From the human T2T-CHM13v2.0 reference genome, Homo sapiens, in the NCBI RefSeq assembly GCF_009914755.1, contig NC_060943.1: a stretch of DNA of 64,000 nt, one strand, 5' to 3'. The first letter of the stretch is position 1. Each line of letters starts with the position of its first letter. A program made the translations under genes and the position numbers. The notes beneath the pieces are model-generated. The model made no database searches and had not been told where the DNA came from. It saw only the letters and a program-made list of their open reading frames with translations. Shown here one piece after another: positions 48,790 to 62,059 of this stretch.

Positions 48790-51312
48790 TTAAAAAAAAC
48801 TCTTATTTTAGGTTTGGGGGTACATGTGCAGGTTTGTTACATACATAAACTCTGGTCAGAGGGGTTTGTGGTACAGATTATTTTGTCACCCAGGTCCTAA
48901 GCCTAGTACCCCACAGTTATTTTTTTCTGTTCCTCTCTCTCCTCCCACCCTCCACCTTCAAGTGGGCCCCAGTGTCTGTTGTTCTCTTCTTTGTGTTCAT
49001 GAGTTCTCATCATTTAGCTCTCACTGATAAGTGAGAACATGCAGTATTTGGTTTTCTGTTCCTGTGTTCGTTTGCTAAGGATAATGGCCTCCAGCTCCAT
49101 CCATGTTCCCACAAAAGACATAATCTCATTCTTTTTTATGGCTGCACAGTATTCCATGGTGTATTTGTACCATATTTTCTTTATCCATTCTGTCATGGAT
49201 GGGCATTTAGGTTAATTTCATATATTTGCTATTGTGAATAGTACTACAATGAACATTTGCTTGTATGTGTCTTTATGGTAGAATGATTTTTATTACTCTG
49301 AGTATAAAACCAGTAATGTGATTGCTATGTCAAATGATAGTTCTGCTTTTAGCTCTTCAGGAAATTACCATACTGCTTTCCACAGTGGTTGAACTAATTT
49401 ACACTCCTGCCGACAGTATAAGTGTTCCCTTTTCTCTGCAGCCTTGCCAGCCTCTGTGATTTTTTTTACTTTTTAAAAGTAGCCATTCTGACTGGTGTGA
49501 GATGATATTTCATTGTGGTTCTGATTTGCGTTTCTCTAGTGATCAGCGATAATGAGCTTTTTCTCATATGTCTGTTGGCCAAAAATGTCTGTTCATGTCC
49601 TTTGCTCACTTTTTAATGGGGTTGTTTTTCTCTTGTAAATTTGTTTAAGTTCCTTATAGATGCTGGATATTAGACCTTTGCCTAATGCATAGTTTGCAAG
49701 TATTTTCTCCCATTCCGGTTGTTTACTCTGTTGATGGTTTATTTTGCTGTGCAGGAGCTCTTAAGTTTAATTAGATCCCATTTGTCAATTTTTGCTTTTG
49801 TTGTGATTGCTTTGGCATCTTTGTCAGGAAATCTTTGCCTGTTTATCCAGAACGATATTGCCTACATTGTCTTCCAGAGTTTTTATAGTTTTGAGTTTTA
49901 CATTTAAGTTTTTAACCCATCTCGAGTTGATTTTTATATGTGGTATAAGGAAGCAGTCCCACTCAATCTTCTGCATGTGGCTAGACAGTTATCCCAGCAC
50001 CATTTATTGAATCAGGATTCCTTTCCCCATTGCTTTTTTTTGTCAGCTTTGTTGAAGATCAAATTGTTGTAGGTGTGTGGCTTTATTTCTGGGCTCTCTA
50101 TTCCGTTCCATTGGTCTATGTGTCTGTTTTTGTACCACTACCATGCTGTTTTGGTTACTGTAGACTTGTAATATAGTTTAAATTTGGGTAACGTGATGCC
50201 TCCAGGTTTTCTTTTTGCTTAGGATTGCCTTGGCTATTTGGGCACTTTTTTGGTTTCATATGAATTTTAAAATTGTTTTTTCTAGTTCTGTGAAGAATCT
50301 CATTGGTAGTTTGATAGAAATAGCATTGAATGTATAAATTTCTTTGGGCAGTATGGCCATTTTAATGATTTTGATTCTTTTTATCCATGAGCATAGTATG
50401 TTTTTCCATTTGTGTCACCTTTGATTTATTTGAGCAGTGTTTTGTAATTCTCATTGTAGAGTTCTTTCACCTCCCTGGTTAGCTGTATTTCTAAAAATTT
50501 TATTCTTTTTGTGGCAATTGTGAATGGGATTGTGTTCCTAATGTGACTCTTGGCTTGGTAGTTCCTGATGTATAGAAATACTAGTGATTTTTCTATATTG
50601 ATTTTGTATCCTGAAACTTTGCTGAAGTTATTTATCATTTAAGAAGCTTTTGGGCTGGGACTACGAGGTTTTCTAGATATAGAATCATGCATCTGCAAAG
50701 AGGGATAGTTTAAATTCCTCTCTTCCTATTTGGATGCTCTTTATTTCTTTCTCTTGCCTGATTGCTCTGGCCAGAATTTCCAATACTACGTTAAACAGGA
50801 GTGGTGAGAGAGGGCATCCTTGTCTTGTGCTGGCTTTCAAGGGGAATGCTTTCAGCTTTTCCATATTCAATATGATGTTGGCTCTGCGTTCACCATAGAT
50901 AGCTCTTATTATTTTGAGATATGTTCCTTTAATACCTAGTTTACTGAGAGTTTTTAACATGAAGCGATGCTGAATTTTATCAAAAGCCTTTTCTGCATCT
51001 ATTGAGATAATCATGTGTTTTTGTCTTTAGTTCTGTTTGTGTGGTGAATCACATTTATTGATTTGTGTATGTTGAACCAACATGAAGCCGACTTGATCAT
51101 ATTGGATTAACCTTCTGATGTGCTGATGGATTCAGTTTGCAAGTATTTTGTTGAGGATTTTTGCATCAATGTTCATCAAGGATATTGGCCCGAAGTTTTC
51201 TTCTTTTGTTGTGTCTTCGCCAGATTTTGGTATCAGGATGATACTGGCCTCATAGAATGAGTTAGGGAAGAGTCAGTCTTCCTCCGTATTTGGGAATAGT
51301 TTCAGTAGGAAC
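48790..51312 (-). mobile_element. Antisense L1 (3' ~2.5 kb, ORF2 C-terminal part + 3'UTR) in SIGLEC7 intron 6
   Basis: Minus-strand peptides [16 protein letters not shown]...[10 protein letters not shown]...[16 protein letters not shown] and WIKKIW. Confidence 0.93.
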
Positions 51313-51329
51313 AGAAGGAGGCTCAGATC

Positions 51330-52430
51330 TGACATTTATTGTGTGATTGAAGAGCCTTCCAGGCAGAGGGAGGAGCAAAGCAAGGCCCAGGCACAGGAAG
51401 AGGAAAGGAGAGGAGCCATGGGACATCTGTGTGATTAGACAGAGGGAGGCAGGACTGAGAGCAGGAAATGACTTTGGAGGAGTTGAGCCTATGTGAATTG
51501 TGTCTGACTGCACAGGCTACTGTGAGCATTTGGAGAGTTTTGAGCAGAAGGACATGATCAGACGAGATTGGGTCCGTTCAGGGTGGTATAGCTGTAGACC
51601 AGAAGAACATGATCAACTTTCATTTTCATGGGATTCCTCTGGCCACTGTGTGCAGAAGAGACCGTGTGTGTGGCAGGGGAAGGAGAGAGCATAGGAGGTA
51701 GACAGGAGGCTGGTGAACATCCCAGGCAGAAGGTGGTGTTGGCTGGAACCAAGATAGCAGCAGTGGTAGACATGACTGTCTCCCAGATGAATTCTGCAGT
51801 GGAACCTACTGGGATTTGTTAATGAATTGGAATTAGAATGTGAGCCACAGAAAGGGAGCAAGAATTACTTCCAGATTTTTGCCCTGAGCAGTGGGAAGAA
51901 TGGAGGTGCCAATCATTGAGGCTGAGAAGATTGCAGAAGAAATGGATTTGGGAAAGAAAAGGAGGAGTTCAGATTGAATAGGTTGAGTTTTGTGTGTCTT
52001 TGGACAAGAACGCGGGGGTTTGAATTATACCACTGGATCAAAGACTATAGTCAGGAGAAAGGAGTGGGCTGGGGGTACAGATTTGGGAGTCATTAGCCTA
52101 TTGATGGCATGAAGCCAACACAGTGGATAAGATCACAAGGCAAAGGTAAAGAAGAAAAGAACCCGGGGCTGCTCTGATATTTAAGGTCAGGGAGACCTGA
52201 AGCAATTGGCAAAGAGGTTGCCAAGAAGGTGAGGTGGACCCAGAAAAGCATGATGTCCTATAGTTGAGTCAAGAAGGCCTTCTGTGTAGGGAAGGTGAGC
52301 AGCTGGGTCCTCTGCTGCTGAAAAGTCCAGGAAGGAGAAGACTGCAAGGTGGACATTTAGACTCAGCCACTTAAGTGGTAGTCACAGTGACCTTGATAGT
52401 AGCAGTGCTTAGACTTGGTATGTGTGTGAA
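51330..52430. mobile_element. L2-like fragment
   Basis: ggctactgtgagcatttggagagttttgagcag...gatttttgccctgagcagtgggaagaatggaggtgcc. Confidence 0.6.
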
Positions 52431-52577
52431 TATTAATTTGAGTAATCAAGAGAGAATCTGGCAAGCAAAATCACTGACAGTTCCATGGAGCATCTTCTGC
52501 ACAGGGGAGCAGCAGGGAAGGGCTGCGATGAAGGAGGACCCTCCCAGACAGCCTCTGTCACTCTCTGCTGTGTGAGT

Positions 52578-53040
52578 CTGTATTAGTTTCCTGTGGCTGC
52601 TGTGACAAATTACCATGCATTTCCTGGCTTCCAACAACACACATGGATTAAAGTTCTGAAGGTCACAACCCCAAAATGGGTGTCACTGGGCCAAAATCAA
52701 GGCATTGGCAGGCAGGGCTGGTTCCTTCTGGAGGCTCCAGGGGAGGATGCAATTTCTCACCCTTTCTGGCTTCTAGAGGCACCTGCATTCCTTGGCTCAA
52801 GTCCCTTCCTCTGTTTGCAAGGCAAGTAGCCTGGCATCTTCCAATCTCTCTAAGCCCTCCTCCTTTCACTTGTAAGGACTCCTGTCATTCCACTGGGCCC
52901 ACCCAAATAATCCAGGATAACCTCCCCATGTCAATATCCTTAACCTAGCTCCATCTGTAAAGTCCCTTTAGCAATGTAACGTAACAGATTCACAGGTTTC
53001 AGGGGATTAGGGTATGGACATTTTGGGGAGCAGTTATACT
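52578..53040. mobile_element. MLT1C-like LTR
   Basis: tgtattagtttcctgtggctgctgtgacaaattacca...ggcagggctggttccttctggaggctccaggggagga. Confidence 0.75.
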
Positions 53041-53670
53041 TCTTATCAGAGGATATAATTTCTTTGACTGAGTTGTCCTCCCCATACCACCGAACTGTGA
53101 GCTTCCTAAGAGCAGGTGCCCCATCCAAATCAAGGCCCTGTAATTCTCTCTCACTTAGCCTCTTCCTGCCCATCTTATAATTCACACATAGATATTCGTT
53201 TGTTTGACAGTCATTTTTGCCAAATTCCCTCAATTAAAAAGTGAGTTTCAGGAGGTCAGGGCCAACACCTACTGTGTCCACCACAGTCCATCCAGCACCC
53301 AGATCAGGGCTTCACACACAGAGGGCCCCAGCAGGACTCCAGGCTTTGGGGTCAGAAGGAAGGGACTGGATTGGGTCCCGGCATAACAGGGAGTTTGGGT
53401 ACGCTACTTTCTTCATGGAGTTGTTGCGGGAAGTTAATAAGATTAATAAACACCAAACAAGTTGCTCAATAAGTGTTAAATATTGCAGGAAAGTATAAAT
53501 GAAGGAGATTTCTATAAAATGAACGTGGGATAGAGGCAGGAACTCATGAAGTTTAATTCTATACAGAGCAATATATCCGAACCAACCAACCGATCAAACA
53601 ACTTGTGACTCTCCCTGCCTTATCCTATTTCCACTGCTCTGCTCTGACTCTCTTCTCTCTCTCCATTCAG

Positions 53671-53853
53671 GGTAACCTGACTGAGTCCTGGGCAGATGAT
53701 AACCCCCGACACCATGGCCTGGCTGCCCACTCCTCAGGGGAGGAAAGAGAGATCCAGTATGCACCCCTCAGCTTTCATAAGGGGGAGCCTCAGGACCTAT
53801 CAGGTCAAGAAGCCACCAACAATGAGTACTCAGAGATCAAGATCCCCAAGTAA
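53671..53853 (+). CDS. SIGLEC7: SIGLEC7 exon 7 (ITIM IQYAPL, ITIM-like NEYSEI, stop)
   Basis: GNLTESWADDNP...KIPK*; exon lengths sum to 1404 nt = 467 aa + stop. Confidence 0.97.
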   Translation, partial: GNLTESWADDNPRHHGLAAHSSGEEREIQYAPLSFHKGEPQDLSGQEATNNEYSEIKIPK

Positions 53854-56800
53854 GAAAATGCAGAGGCTCGGGCTTGTTTGAGGGTTCACGACCCCTCCAG
53901 CAAAGGAGTCTGAGGCTGATTCCAGTAGAATTAGCAGCCCTCAATGCTGTGCAACAAGACATCAGAACTTATTCCTCTTGTCTAACTGAAAATGCATGCC
54001 TGATGACCAAACTCTCCCTTTCCCCATCCAATCGGTCCACACTCCCCGCCCTGGCCTCTGGTACCCACCATTCTCCTCTGTACTTCTCTAAGGATGACTA
54101 CTTTAGATTCCGAATATAGTGAGATTGTAACGTGTTTGTCTCTCTGTGCCTGGCTTATTTCACTCAACATAACATCCTCTAAGTTCATCTGTGTTGTTTC
54201 CAATGACAGAGTAATGTACTGAATAATTCAAAATAGCTAAAAGAGAGGAGTTTAAATGTTGTCACCAAAAAAAAAAAAAAAAGATAAAAATTTGAGCTGA
54301 TGGATGTGCTAATCATGCTGACTTGATCGTTCCATGGTGCATCGAGGTGCGGGAGCCTCACGGGGGCTGCGTTCAGGTCGCTCAGGTACTCAGGGCAGGA
54401 CTGGAATTTAATCCCTGCCTGATTCTGAGGTCTCTTCTCTCACCCGGCACCCAGCACTGAGTGAAGCAACCACTGACTGGGCACCCCTTAGCCATAAGTT
54501 TGCAGCATCTCCGTTGACTCCATGGCCTCTGGTGAAGGAATCCGAGAACCTGGACACACAGGAGCTGAGAAAGGAGGCGCCTGAAATTACAGCCCAGCTC
54601 TGCGCATGGCCTGCCCCAGCCTGCATAGCTCTGATCAGCAGATAGAGCTTCCAATGGCCATGCTGCCCATGATTTCATCCCCAGGGCCCTGGTTGGGTCT
54701 GCAGACCTCCGCCAGGAGCCCCCATCTCCGGACCTTGGTGTGACTGGGCTGGGTCCCTCTCTTGCTGGTCCCCTCCAGAGGGACCCTGGACCCTTTCCAG
54801 CCTCACAGGCCCTATGGAGACCCCAGCCCTTCTCCATCACCTTCTCCTCACCTGCTTGCCCCTCTGGTCTTGTCCTCGGGTCTGAGGACATGCAGCCTGA
54901 TTTGCCCTATGGGGAGAAATCAGGGAAGAAGTCACATCTCAGGTCCATAAAAAACACGGGAGAGTCCTGGGTAGAGAGGTGAAGGGGCCCAACTTCCTGC
55001 TAAGTCCAAGCCCAAGCCCTCCCCATGTGGGACCCTAGGAGGTAGAGGAGATGGTCTGCGGTCTTCACCTCTCCACTGAGAGTCCTCAACATCCTCATAC
55101 TTTTAAAGATTTCCAAGGGCACAGGAGGCAGACGCCATTGTGTGGGGGAAAGAGGCCGGGTGAAGCTGAGGAAGGAGTTGACACTGTTGGCGCAATTACC
55201 AGGGGTAAGTAACAACAATGATGGAGTTAATAATAATAATTTATTTCACACTGTTATGTCATGCCATAAGACGTGCCATCAACTCTGGAAATTAGGTTAG
55301 TTATTATTACCCCTGGGGGCAGGGAGAGCAGCTTGTTTATCTTTTGTTATTAGAGGCCCAAGAATCAAGCCAAGAGCTTGGTGAAATTTGTGGGGAGTAG
55401 AGATTTGTCATGGTCATGGAGCTATGACAAAATCCCGTCCCATCCCTGCATCTTTCTAATTCCTCATCTTGGAGGGAGCTGAGGGGAACAGTTGAGGCCA
55501 CAGGCTGTGGGTTCGGCCTGCCCGGGCTTGAATCCCACCTCTTCTGTGGGTTAGCACTGAAGCCTTAAATAAAATACTCAAACTCCATGGGGCTTAGTTT
55601 TCTCACCTGTAAAGTGGAGGTGAGGCTAATCACATTCACTTTCTCCATAGAGAGACAGTGAGGGTCAAGCAGGTTAGAATGGTGGTGGGCACATGGTAAG
55701 TGCACAGCTAATGTCCACCACTCTTATCCCCCTTATCCCCCTGTGACTCACCCTGACTCTGATCTGAGGACTCCAGAGGATTCATAGAGGAGGCATCTTT
55801 GGACCCAGACCTGAGAGGACTGGGAGATTTCACCCAGAGGTTGTGAGCATGTCATGGCAGGGTGGAGGTGGCACTCCTGAGGGTGGGCACTGCCTAGCAG
55901 GGCATGGAGGCAGGGAGATGTGCAGAGCATGAGCCTGGACGGGAGCTGCTGCACTCACGGGGGGCCTGGATCCTGACGTCCATGTACATGATCAGCTGTG
56001 TCACGGGGTTTTCCACAGTGCATTGGTAAGTGCCCATCTGCTACCAGGCCAGACTCAAGAGATACAACTTTGCATATGAGAAGTTTAGGAAGGAGCTGTT
56101 GTGGATCCAGCAGTACTTGAGATCTGGGAAAGAATAGGAGACACACTCCATTTCCACCTGGGAGCCGATCTCAGCCGTCACAATGCCATTGAAGGCATCA
56201 GGATTGCCCCTCAGCAGCAGATAGTCAGGCCCATCTGCAGAGACAGGGAAGGAGGCCTGAGGCTGTGTTTCTGACCCTTTGGGGTCCTGGGTACCACCTC
56301 ATGAGGTCCTCCTCCAGCCAAGAGGTTCCCCACTGTGCACCCTGAGCTGACCCCTAGACCTGCCCCAGGCAAGGCAGCTGTGCCAACAACAATAACCATA
56401 ATAAGAGCACCTGCCATGATCAGGGACCTACTAGGGGCCAGCCCCATGGTAGCCCTTTACCTCGTAATAAAATCATTGGAGTAAAAGCAAACACATGGGG
56501 CCTACTGTGTGCCAGACACTGTTCTAAGCTCTGTGCCTGTCCCCACATTTGTTGAATTCCCAGAACAACTCATGTGATTGGTTCCACTATTGATCCATTT
56601 TATAGATGGAAAACAATGAGGCTCGGAGGAGAGGATTAGGACTTCATGACTGCAACTGACACAGAAGGATTGAGCCAGTCTCAGGGCCTGGGGGCAACCG
56701 CCCTGAGCAGCTGAAGCCTCTGGATCCTGGGTCTTGGTTCCAAGCCTCTGACCTGTAAACAGCTGTATGGAGATCAGAAATCCTTCACGCTTCAACCCCA

Positions 56801-57552
56801 GCTTCCACACAATGGGCGCCATAGCCTGTGCATTAGGAAATCTAACACACCACTAAAGTGTTTCCAGAAGGAGATGTAAAGGTGATTTTAGAAGTGTGAT
56901 TATTTTTTTCAGGTGAAAGATGTGGAAGAGTTTGATAAACTCTGTGAACACACCTGGAACACTGGAAGAATCTAAGTGTTGATGTATTTATAAGCTCAGT
57001 AGATTAGATTTCCAAGAGCTGTCTGAGAATTTGTGAGGATCTTGCTGGGTTGTGAACTTGCCCCAGTAGGCAGCTGAAGGGCTATAAAGAAAAAAGAATG
57101 TATGGAATGCATAACTGACTCTTTAAATCAAACTCTCTGTTTAAGGGAGCACAGTCTGTTCAATTTCAGTAAAAGAGAGTGACAGTGACTATAGTAAGTT
57201 TACAAGAAAAGAAGAAAGAAATCAATGAGTGGAATTTGAAGGGTCAAGGGGTTTGAACACTTAATAAACTGAACATCAATTTAAAAAATAATTGGTTTTA
57301 AGTAGTCCCCTATTTACACAAAAGCAGACCTCAGCAAAGGCACACTGACCATTTCTAATCTGAGAAGTGAGGACTGGGGTCCCTATTTCACATTTGAGTG
57401 CATCAGTTCTGAGTAGTGAGGGCAGCTCCCAAGTCCACAGAGCTCAAGAGCTGGAGCTGATTCCAACCCAGACCAACCTGGCTGCAGGCTGGCCCAGGAT
57501 GTCTCTAGCCTAGTCCCATTTGCAGATCCGTGGTGAGTCCCAGAGGTGGACT

Positions 57553-58152
57553 TGTGTGGCAAAGAGCTGAACCCTGCCAAAAAGAGGCCTGGCCTTTGCT
57601 CTCAGCTACTGGGAGGGAACCTCTAAGTCCCTGGAATGTCTCACCTGATTAGAGTGTCTTTGTTTACCTGAAAGCCTTGGACTTCACCAAATAGTCTAAT
57701 AATATAACTAACGATAGGACTTTGGGTCACTGGTATCAGCTCTATCTGTGGAGCAGCTGAAACTAAGGTCAGCCATGTAGACAGTTATCCACATCTATGT
57801 GACAAAGCCACACCAGGACATCAAGGCTCAGGTGAGTGTCCCTGGTTGGCAATGCTCTATGCATGTTGTCACATGTCATGTCAGGAGGAATTACCACAGT
57901 CTATGATTCTACTGGGAGGGGACAACTGGAAACTCCCCATTCGGAATTCCCTGGACCCTGCCCCATGCTCTTCTCACCTTGGCTGACTTTAATCTGTATC
58001 CTTTTGCTGTAATGAGACATCACATGAGGATAACAGCTTTCAGTGAGTTCTGAGTCCTACTAGTGAACTATCAAAACTGAATGTGGTCAGGGACTCCCCA
58101 ATGTGCAGCTGGCATCAGAAGTGAGGGCAGTCTTGTGAATTGCTCCCTAACT
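57553..58152 (+). mobile_element. MER21-like LTR
   Basis: aaagaggcctggcctttg...ggctcaggtgagtgtccctggttggcaat...gctgactttaatctgtatcctttt. Confidence 0.65.
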
Positions 58153-59962
58153 ACTCAGGACTGCTGGATTAAAGGCTGTGCAGGTCGTTTGAGGATAGAA
58201 AGGATTCCTGGCAACACTGCCTGGTTTGAACCAAGCACTGCCACTTACCTCCCATGTGATCTCAGTTAAGTTGCCTCCCTCCCCTAAGCCTCTTTCTACA
58301 CCTGTAAAATGAAGATATGAAATGTTTCCTCTTCATAGGGCTGTTGTGATGCTTAACTTCAGAAGCAAGTGGAGAACGTAAAACGTGGAATCCTTCTTAG
58401 CTAGGCTCTTGTGTCTGAGGTCCTTATTACTAACGAAAAAGAGGGAATGAATACTGAGAAGAAACCAGCAACCACGGCCACAGAGAGCATCTCATCAGCT
58501 CTATTTGGCTGCACCAACATGGAGCACTCCTTTTAGACACAGCATTGTGCCAAGTCCCTGCAGAAACATGTCCCTCCCTCCATCTAGACTGTGCACGGCC
58601 AGTGATGCCTGGTCTGAACAGTCAGGATGAATATGGCAGAAGTGGCTTCATTCAGACAGAGTCCGTGGCATGACCCTGACTGTCTCATGCAATGAGACCC
58701 TCATGAGGACCCTGCTCTCAGGAGGGGGGTGTAGGCTTGGAGGGCACCTCGACCTTCAGGGACTCACTTTCATTCTCTCAAGCAAACCCCAGAACTATAC
58801 CTGGCCCATCTCATCCAGCATCCCCCATGACTTTGAGAATCTTGTCTGAAACCCTGTCTCTCCAGTCAGGAGTGGTAGCACCCAGTGCTCACCTAGGGGC
58901 AGGAGGCAGCTTCGGGAGCAGCCCCCCAAAGCCTTTAATCTCTTTCTGGAGCTCAGCTTTGTACCTTCTTATCAAGAGAGCAAAACGTCACAGTTCCTCC
59001 CAGGGCAAAGTTTTGCCTGGCACAGCCAGAGTGGACACTAATGAACAGTGACTCCTTCCTGTCTTTCAGGCTTGAAGATCACAAGGAATGTTAACCTGGG
59101 ATCTTTGAGGAGCTATACACAAGGTAGATTTCTGACAGGTCCCTACCCGCGTCCTTGCAGCGCTGTGTGAGCAAACCCCATCACCCCCAAATGCATCACA
59201 CCACCAGGGGGAGCCATGGAGTTGCACGATGCATCAGCACTAATCTTTGTCTACAACCTCCTGGGGGAAGGGATAAGAAGTGGATAGAAAAGGTGAGAGG
59301 CAGGAGCCCCGAATCAGCTTCCAGAGAAGATGGAAGTGAAATGGAGAAATAATAATAATGACATTAACAATAGCAATAACATTACTAATAACATTAAATA
59401 ATAACTACTTCCTGTAGTTATCATTCCTGTTCGGTGAGATTGTAAATCTTGACATAGGTTAGTCTCTGAATGGGTGGGAGTCAGGTGTCAGGAAGCATTT
59501 GGGGGTCAAAGAGGGTGGAGAAGATTGGTGCAGTGATCCCTGCAACTCTCTGGGTGAGCAGCAGGGGGCGCCCTAACCATGGCAGAGACTGTTGAGTTGG
59601 TTGCACAGACATAACCAAGTGTCATGGGGCAGTGGGAAGTCCATGGACTCTGTCTCAGAAGGAGAATTACTTGATCTCTGTGTGCCTCAGTGTCCTTATC
59701 TGCAAAGTGGACATCAGAGCTCCTACCTTTATGAGCCTGAGAACAAAAACCAGGGAGAATAAATGAACAACCACAGCAGCAACAACAAACAAAAACAAGA
59801 GCCAAAACCAAGTAGCGAGATGGGCCTTTCTATCATCTGACCCTGAAATCCAGTCACATTTAAAACCAGGTCTACCCCTCAGATTTCCCAGACAACAGAA
59901 GTCAATGCATTTTTTCCCTTTGAAAGTGAAAAACAAACAAACAAACAAAAAACATGCTGTAA

Positions 59963-60283
<321 letters not shown>

Positions 60284-62059
60284 CTACAACTATGATTTTT
60301 ATATGAACATTAATTCCATTATGTGGTTCCTTGAGGTTGCCTGATGTACACATTGTGGGAAAGGCCATGAGAGCTGCTACACAGCCCTTTGGAGATGGCG
60401 ATCATGAAGCCAGCAAATGGTCAAGGGCTGTGAGTCTTCAAAAATCTGTCCTGATAAGTGATGATGTCATCTCCACATGCAAACCTGTCTCCAGAGAAGA
60501 CACAATCCCATCCACTCAATGCTGCCGATCCTCCTAAACAATTCAAATGGGTTTTTTGCCCAGCAAGAAAGGGATTTTTGTATGTACATTCATGTTCTCT
60601 TTCTTATTCATCAGAAGTTATTTTTCTACGCACCTCACATTCTCAATGATAACTAAGAGAAATTCCTTGTTTGATTAACTCACACTCTATACCGGAACAT
60701 TTGTGCATCTCACAACGGTTCCCTTAGAGCCCACCTTTCCTTTTGAGTTTAAACCTTCCTTGGAGTAATCAGAATAACTTCCAAATAGGAAAGAATGAAA
60801 GAGACTATGTTTATTCATTTTGTACACTCTTAAAACATAAATTGTATTTTTGCTAGCTGCAGCTAAGACTTTTATTTTAAAATGGGGCACTAACTTTCCT
60901 TCCTCCTACATTAAAACATTTCAGAAAAAAACTTAAAATCTTAAAAATAATTTTAAATACTGGGATAAATTTCTTTAAACATAAATTTCCAATACTTTCT
61001 AAAAAAGGTCATATCTATTTCAGAACTCTAATATCACCAGAACCCCAGAGAACATCCCCCAAATTTTTAGGCATAAAAATTCTCTTGTTTTTCAGCAGAC
61101 ACTTGATCAGTTTACCTGCATCCATAACCTTGGATATGGATTCATATGTCAGAGTCTATAAGCTGGAACATTAAATACAAAATTGAAATGATTTATTTTC
61201 TTCTAGCTGTTCCAAAAATAAAGCATACAAAAACTTTAAAGTCACAAATGTAAACTATTGTCAGAACAGAATGTTAAACATTTTTTCATTATTAGACATC
61301 ATTATTAAATACAAATAAGTGATGAATAACATAGAAAATAATACTTATTGTTTAAGAGGCATATATGTGTGATGGAAATAAAAAGTCTGCATTCATTTAA
61401 GTTAGGTTACATTTATTTGTGGACACAAACAGGCCCACGTATGAGAGGAGAGAAAGGCAGAGGAGGGGAGCAGAGGGGAGGATGGTGCAGACTGGGTGGG
61501 CCCTGCTGGCCACACAGGAACCTGGAGCCTTTAGGCAGAGCAGAGACTAGACTGGACTTTCACTCTAACAGAACCCCTCGGCTTCCCTGGACAGAACAGG
61601 CCCAAGTGGGTCATGGCAGCCACATAGAAACTGGAAAGGTGCTTGCTGGGTCCTCCAGGAAGAGGGATAGGGGCTTGAACCAGGGAGGCAGGGGTGGCGT
61701 AAGGATATGCTTTTGGATGTGTGTGGAAGGTCGTGCTCACAGAGTTTTCTAATGGATGTGGTCAGCGAGGGGAAGGCAAGACCAAGGATGAAGCCAGAAT
61801 GTTCCCCTGAGCACCTGGAGGGAAGGAGCGGTGTCCATAGAGGACTTCAGAGGGGAGGCTTTCAGGGGCGATAATTCTGAGAATCTCCCTTACATCCAAA
61901 TGGGAACAGAACAGAGACAGCTGAATGCAAATGCCTGGAGTTCAGGAGAGGGGTCCAAGCTGAAGATGTTTCAATGCACAGCTGGAGTAGTGATGACCAC
62001 AGATGAGGTAAGGAAGGGGTGAAGACAGGCAGAGAGGAGGACACACATTTGTCATTGGT

